DNA of 64,000 nt, taken from positions 1,952,001 through 2,016,000 of the forward strand of contig CAVVPN010000003.1 of assembly GCA_963750165.1 (NCBI GenBank). The letters run 5' to 3'. Below are positions 62,665 to 64,000 of the stretch, piece by piece. This stretch comes from an uncultured Gemmataceae bacterium (GTDB lineage: Bacteria; Planctomycetota; Planctomycetia; Gemmatales; Gemmataceae). The notes under the pieces are model-generated. The model worked only from the letters and a program-made list of their open reading frames with translations. It was not told the DNA's origin and searched no databases. The position numbers were made by a program, and so were the translations under genes. The stretch's first letter is position 1; the number at the start of each line of letters is the position of its first letter.

Positions 62665-62900
62665 GCGGAGTTTAGCCGGAATCGCTCCCAATCCGACGCG
62701 AACCACGACGCGGCAATCACTTGCGGCAATTCCAAGGTGCGAGGATTATCTCACTTCGCGTCGCTGAGGTGGATTGCCCACCCGCGCGCGCTATCATAAT
62801 CTCCTGATGGACCACGAACCCCCACGAACCCTGGCTCCTGCCGTGCCTAAATGGCACCGTGCGGGCACCGACCGGGTCTGGAAACACTTTCGAGGTCACC

Positions 62901-63277
62901 ATGAAAACACGAGGCGAAATCGAAGCCGCCATCTGCGAAGGGATGGCACGCCTTCAACAGGAGTACATGGGCCGGGGACCCAAGGACATTCACGCCCACC
63001 TGTTTGGTGACCTTTTCCTGGTTCGCTTGCAGGGTGTCCTGACCCAGGCCGAAAAGCAACTGGTAAAGTCGGAGTCTGCCGAAAAGGTCGGGATCTGCTC
63101 AAAGAAGTCCGGGCGCAGCTAATCGAGACGGCGCGGCCGGTCCTGGAAGCAATGATCCAGGAGGCCACAGGCGTCAAGGTGTTGAGCCTGCACCACGACA
63201 TAAGCACCGTTACCGGCGAAGAGGTCGTGCTCTTCACCTTGGTTGCAACCCCTCCCTTCCGCGATGCAAAGAAGTAA
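62901..63277 (+). CDS. DUF2294 (MpsC-like) protein, frameshift at ~63087
   Basis: Paralog of 10124-10504; one G missing at EK-GRDLL restores the full frame. Confidence 0.85.
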
Positions 63278-63300
63278 TAGGCCCTTCCGGGCGGCGTCGC

Positions 63301-64000
63301 TTACGGGCTTTTCGCCGGCAGGGCAGGTCGCGGTCCCCACCCCTGTCCTTCCAGCCACGATAGCCCAAGGAAGAGCACCAGGCACCCGGCCACGTACTCC
63401 ACGAAGACTTCCGTCAACAACTGTTCGCGCGACCAGACCACGCTGAATCCGATGAGGAGGGCGAGGGTGACCGCCAGGGCCCCGATCGTGCGACCCCACG
63501 CCGGACGCGCCCGCTCCAAGAGATGGGCCATCATCCCGTAGACCGCCGCCCCCCGAAGCGGGGCCAACCCGGCGAAGCCAAAGGGCCAGGCCAAGGCCTT
63601 GGCCGGCTCGATGTCCTCGTGCCGGAGCAGGCCGAGGAGAACAAGTCCCACCCCTTCGCTGGCCACGAGGGCCCAGAGCAGCGCGGCGGCTTCTCGCCAC
63701 GGGCGGCCGTCGTACCACAATCGCAGCATGAAAAGAGCCACGACCGCAACCACGGCGGGGAGGCTTCCCAGATAGCTCCCACCGGTCGCCACGGCGTCGA
63801 GCCACGGGACGTGACGGTCCGCGATCCATTCCTTGACGTGCCGGTCCTCATTCGACGGCTCGGCGTGACGCTCGGCCACGATCACGACCACCGCCAGGCA
63901 GACCACGACGAGGACTGCCGCGACGACCCCTTGCCAGACCTGGGAGCGGAGCAGGCCATCCCACGAGCCTGCCGGCAGCCGCCGGACACGCCGCCACAGG
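63301..64000 (-). CDS. membrane protein C-terminus with degenerate PAP2-like region (5' end outside window)
   Basis: Multiple TM helices with PAP2-like layout (IGFSVVW...TEV..Y.AG), but catalytic His/Arg residues not visible. Confidence 0.5.
   Translation of the reverse strand, partial: LWRRVRRLPAGSWDGLLRSQVWQGVVAAVLVVVCLAVVVIVAERHAEPSNEDRHVKEWIADRHVPWLDAVATGGSYLGSLPAVVAVVALFMLRLWYDGRPWREAAALLWALVASEGVGLVLLGLLRHEDIEPAKALAWPFGFAGLAPLRGAAVYGMMAHLLERARPAWGRTIGALAVTLALLIGFSVVWSREQLLTEVFVEYVAGCLVLFLGLSWLEGQGWGPRPALPAKSP

Noticed and set aside
1..64000. CRISPR array or cas genes
   Set aside because: No regularly spaced repeats with unique spacers and no cas-like ORFs seen.

Overview
GC-rich bacterial window whose gene content suggests a planctomycete (inference: DUF2294 paralogs, GTAG-type REP pair, planctomycete-style integrase and membrane proteins). 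It looks like a decaying, mosaic general-stress and carbon-storage island. (1) 1-11.8 kb, + strand: GH13 amylase, M48 peptidase, TerB-like, E2-like acyltransferase, VIT1, MgtA, RNB ribonuclease, DUF2294 and small stress proteins. (2) 11.8-13.5 kb: tRNA-Val(CAC), a tyrosine integrase and a degenerate att copy delimiting a ~1.56 kb remnant. (3) 14-45 kb, - strand: ferritin-like and stress genes, then GH144, zwf, pgm, GH94, glgP, glgX, HAD, ackA, phosphoketolase, aldolase, tpiA, Pma1-type H+-ATPase, PPK2, M90 peptidase and a second glgX carrying an in-frame 183 bp IS21-type MITE. (4) 45-62.4 kb, - strand: histidine kinase, SPFH, stress proteins, two cytidylate-kinase-like genes, M50-CBS protease, Rieske plus cytochrome b/tri-heme c fusion and a methyltransferase. 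Both long - strand blocks are headed by the same ~210 bp non-coding element (promoter, structured leader with M-box-like motifs, strong terminator, possible antiterminator). This is the best candidate for an undescribed regulatory system. The window also has many deletion scars, gene remnants and at least 8 frameshifts, some probably sequencing errors. All family calls are from motif recognition; no database searches or folding programs were run.
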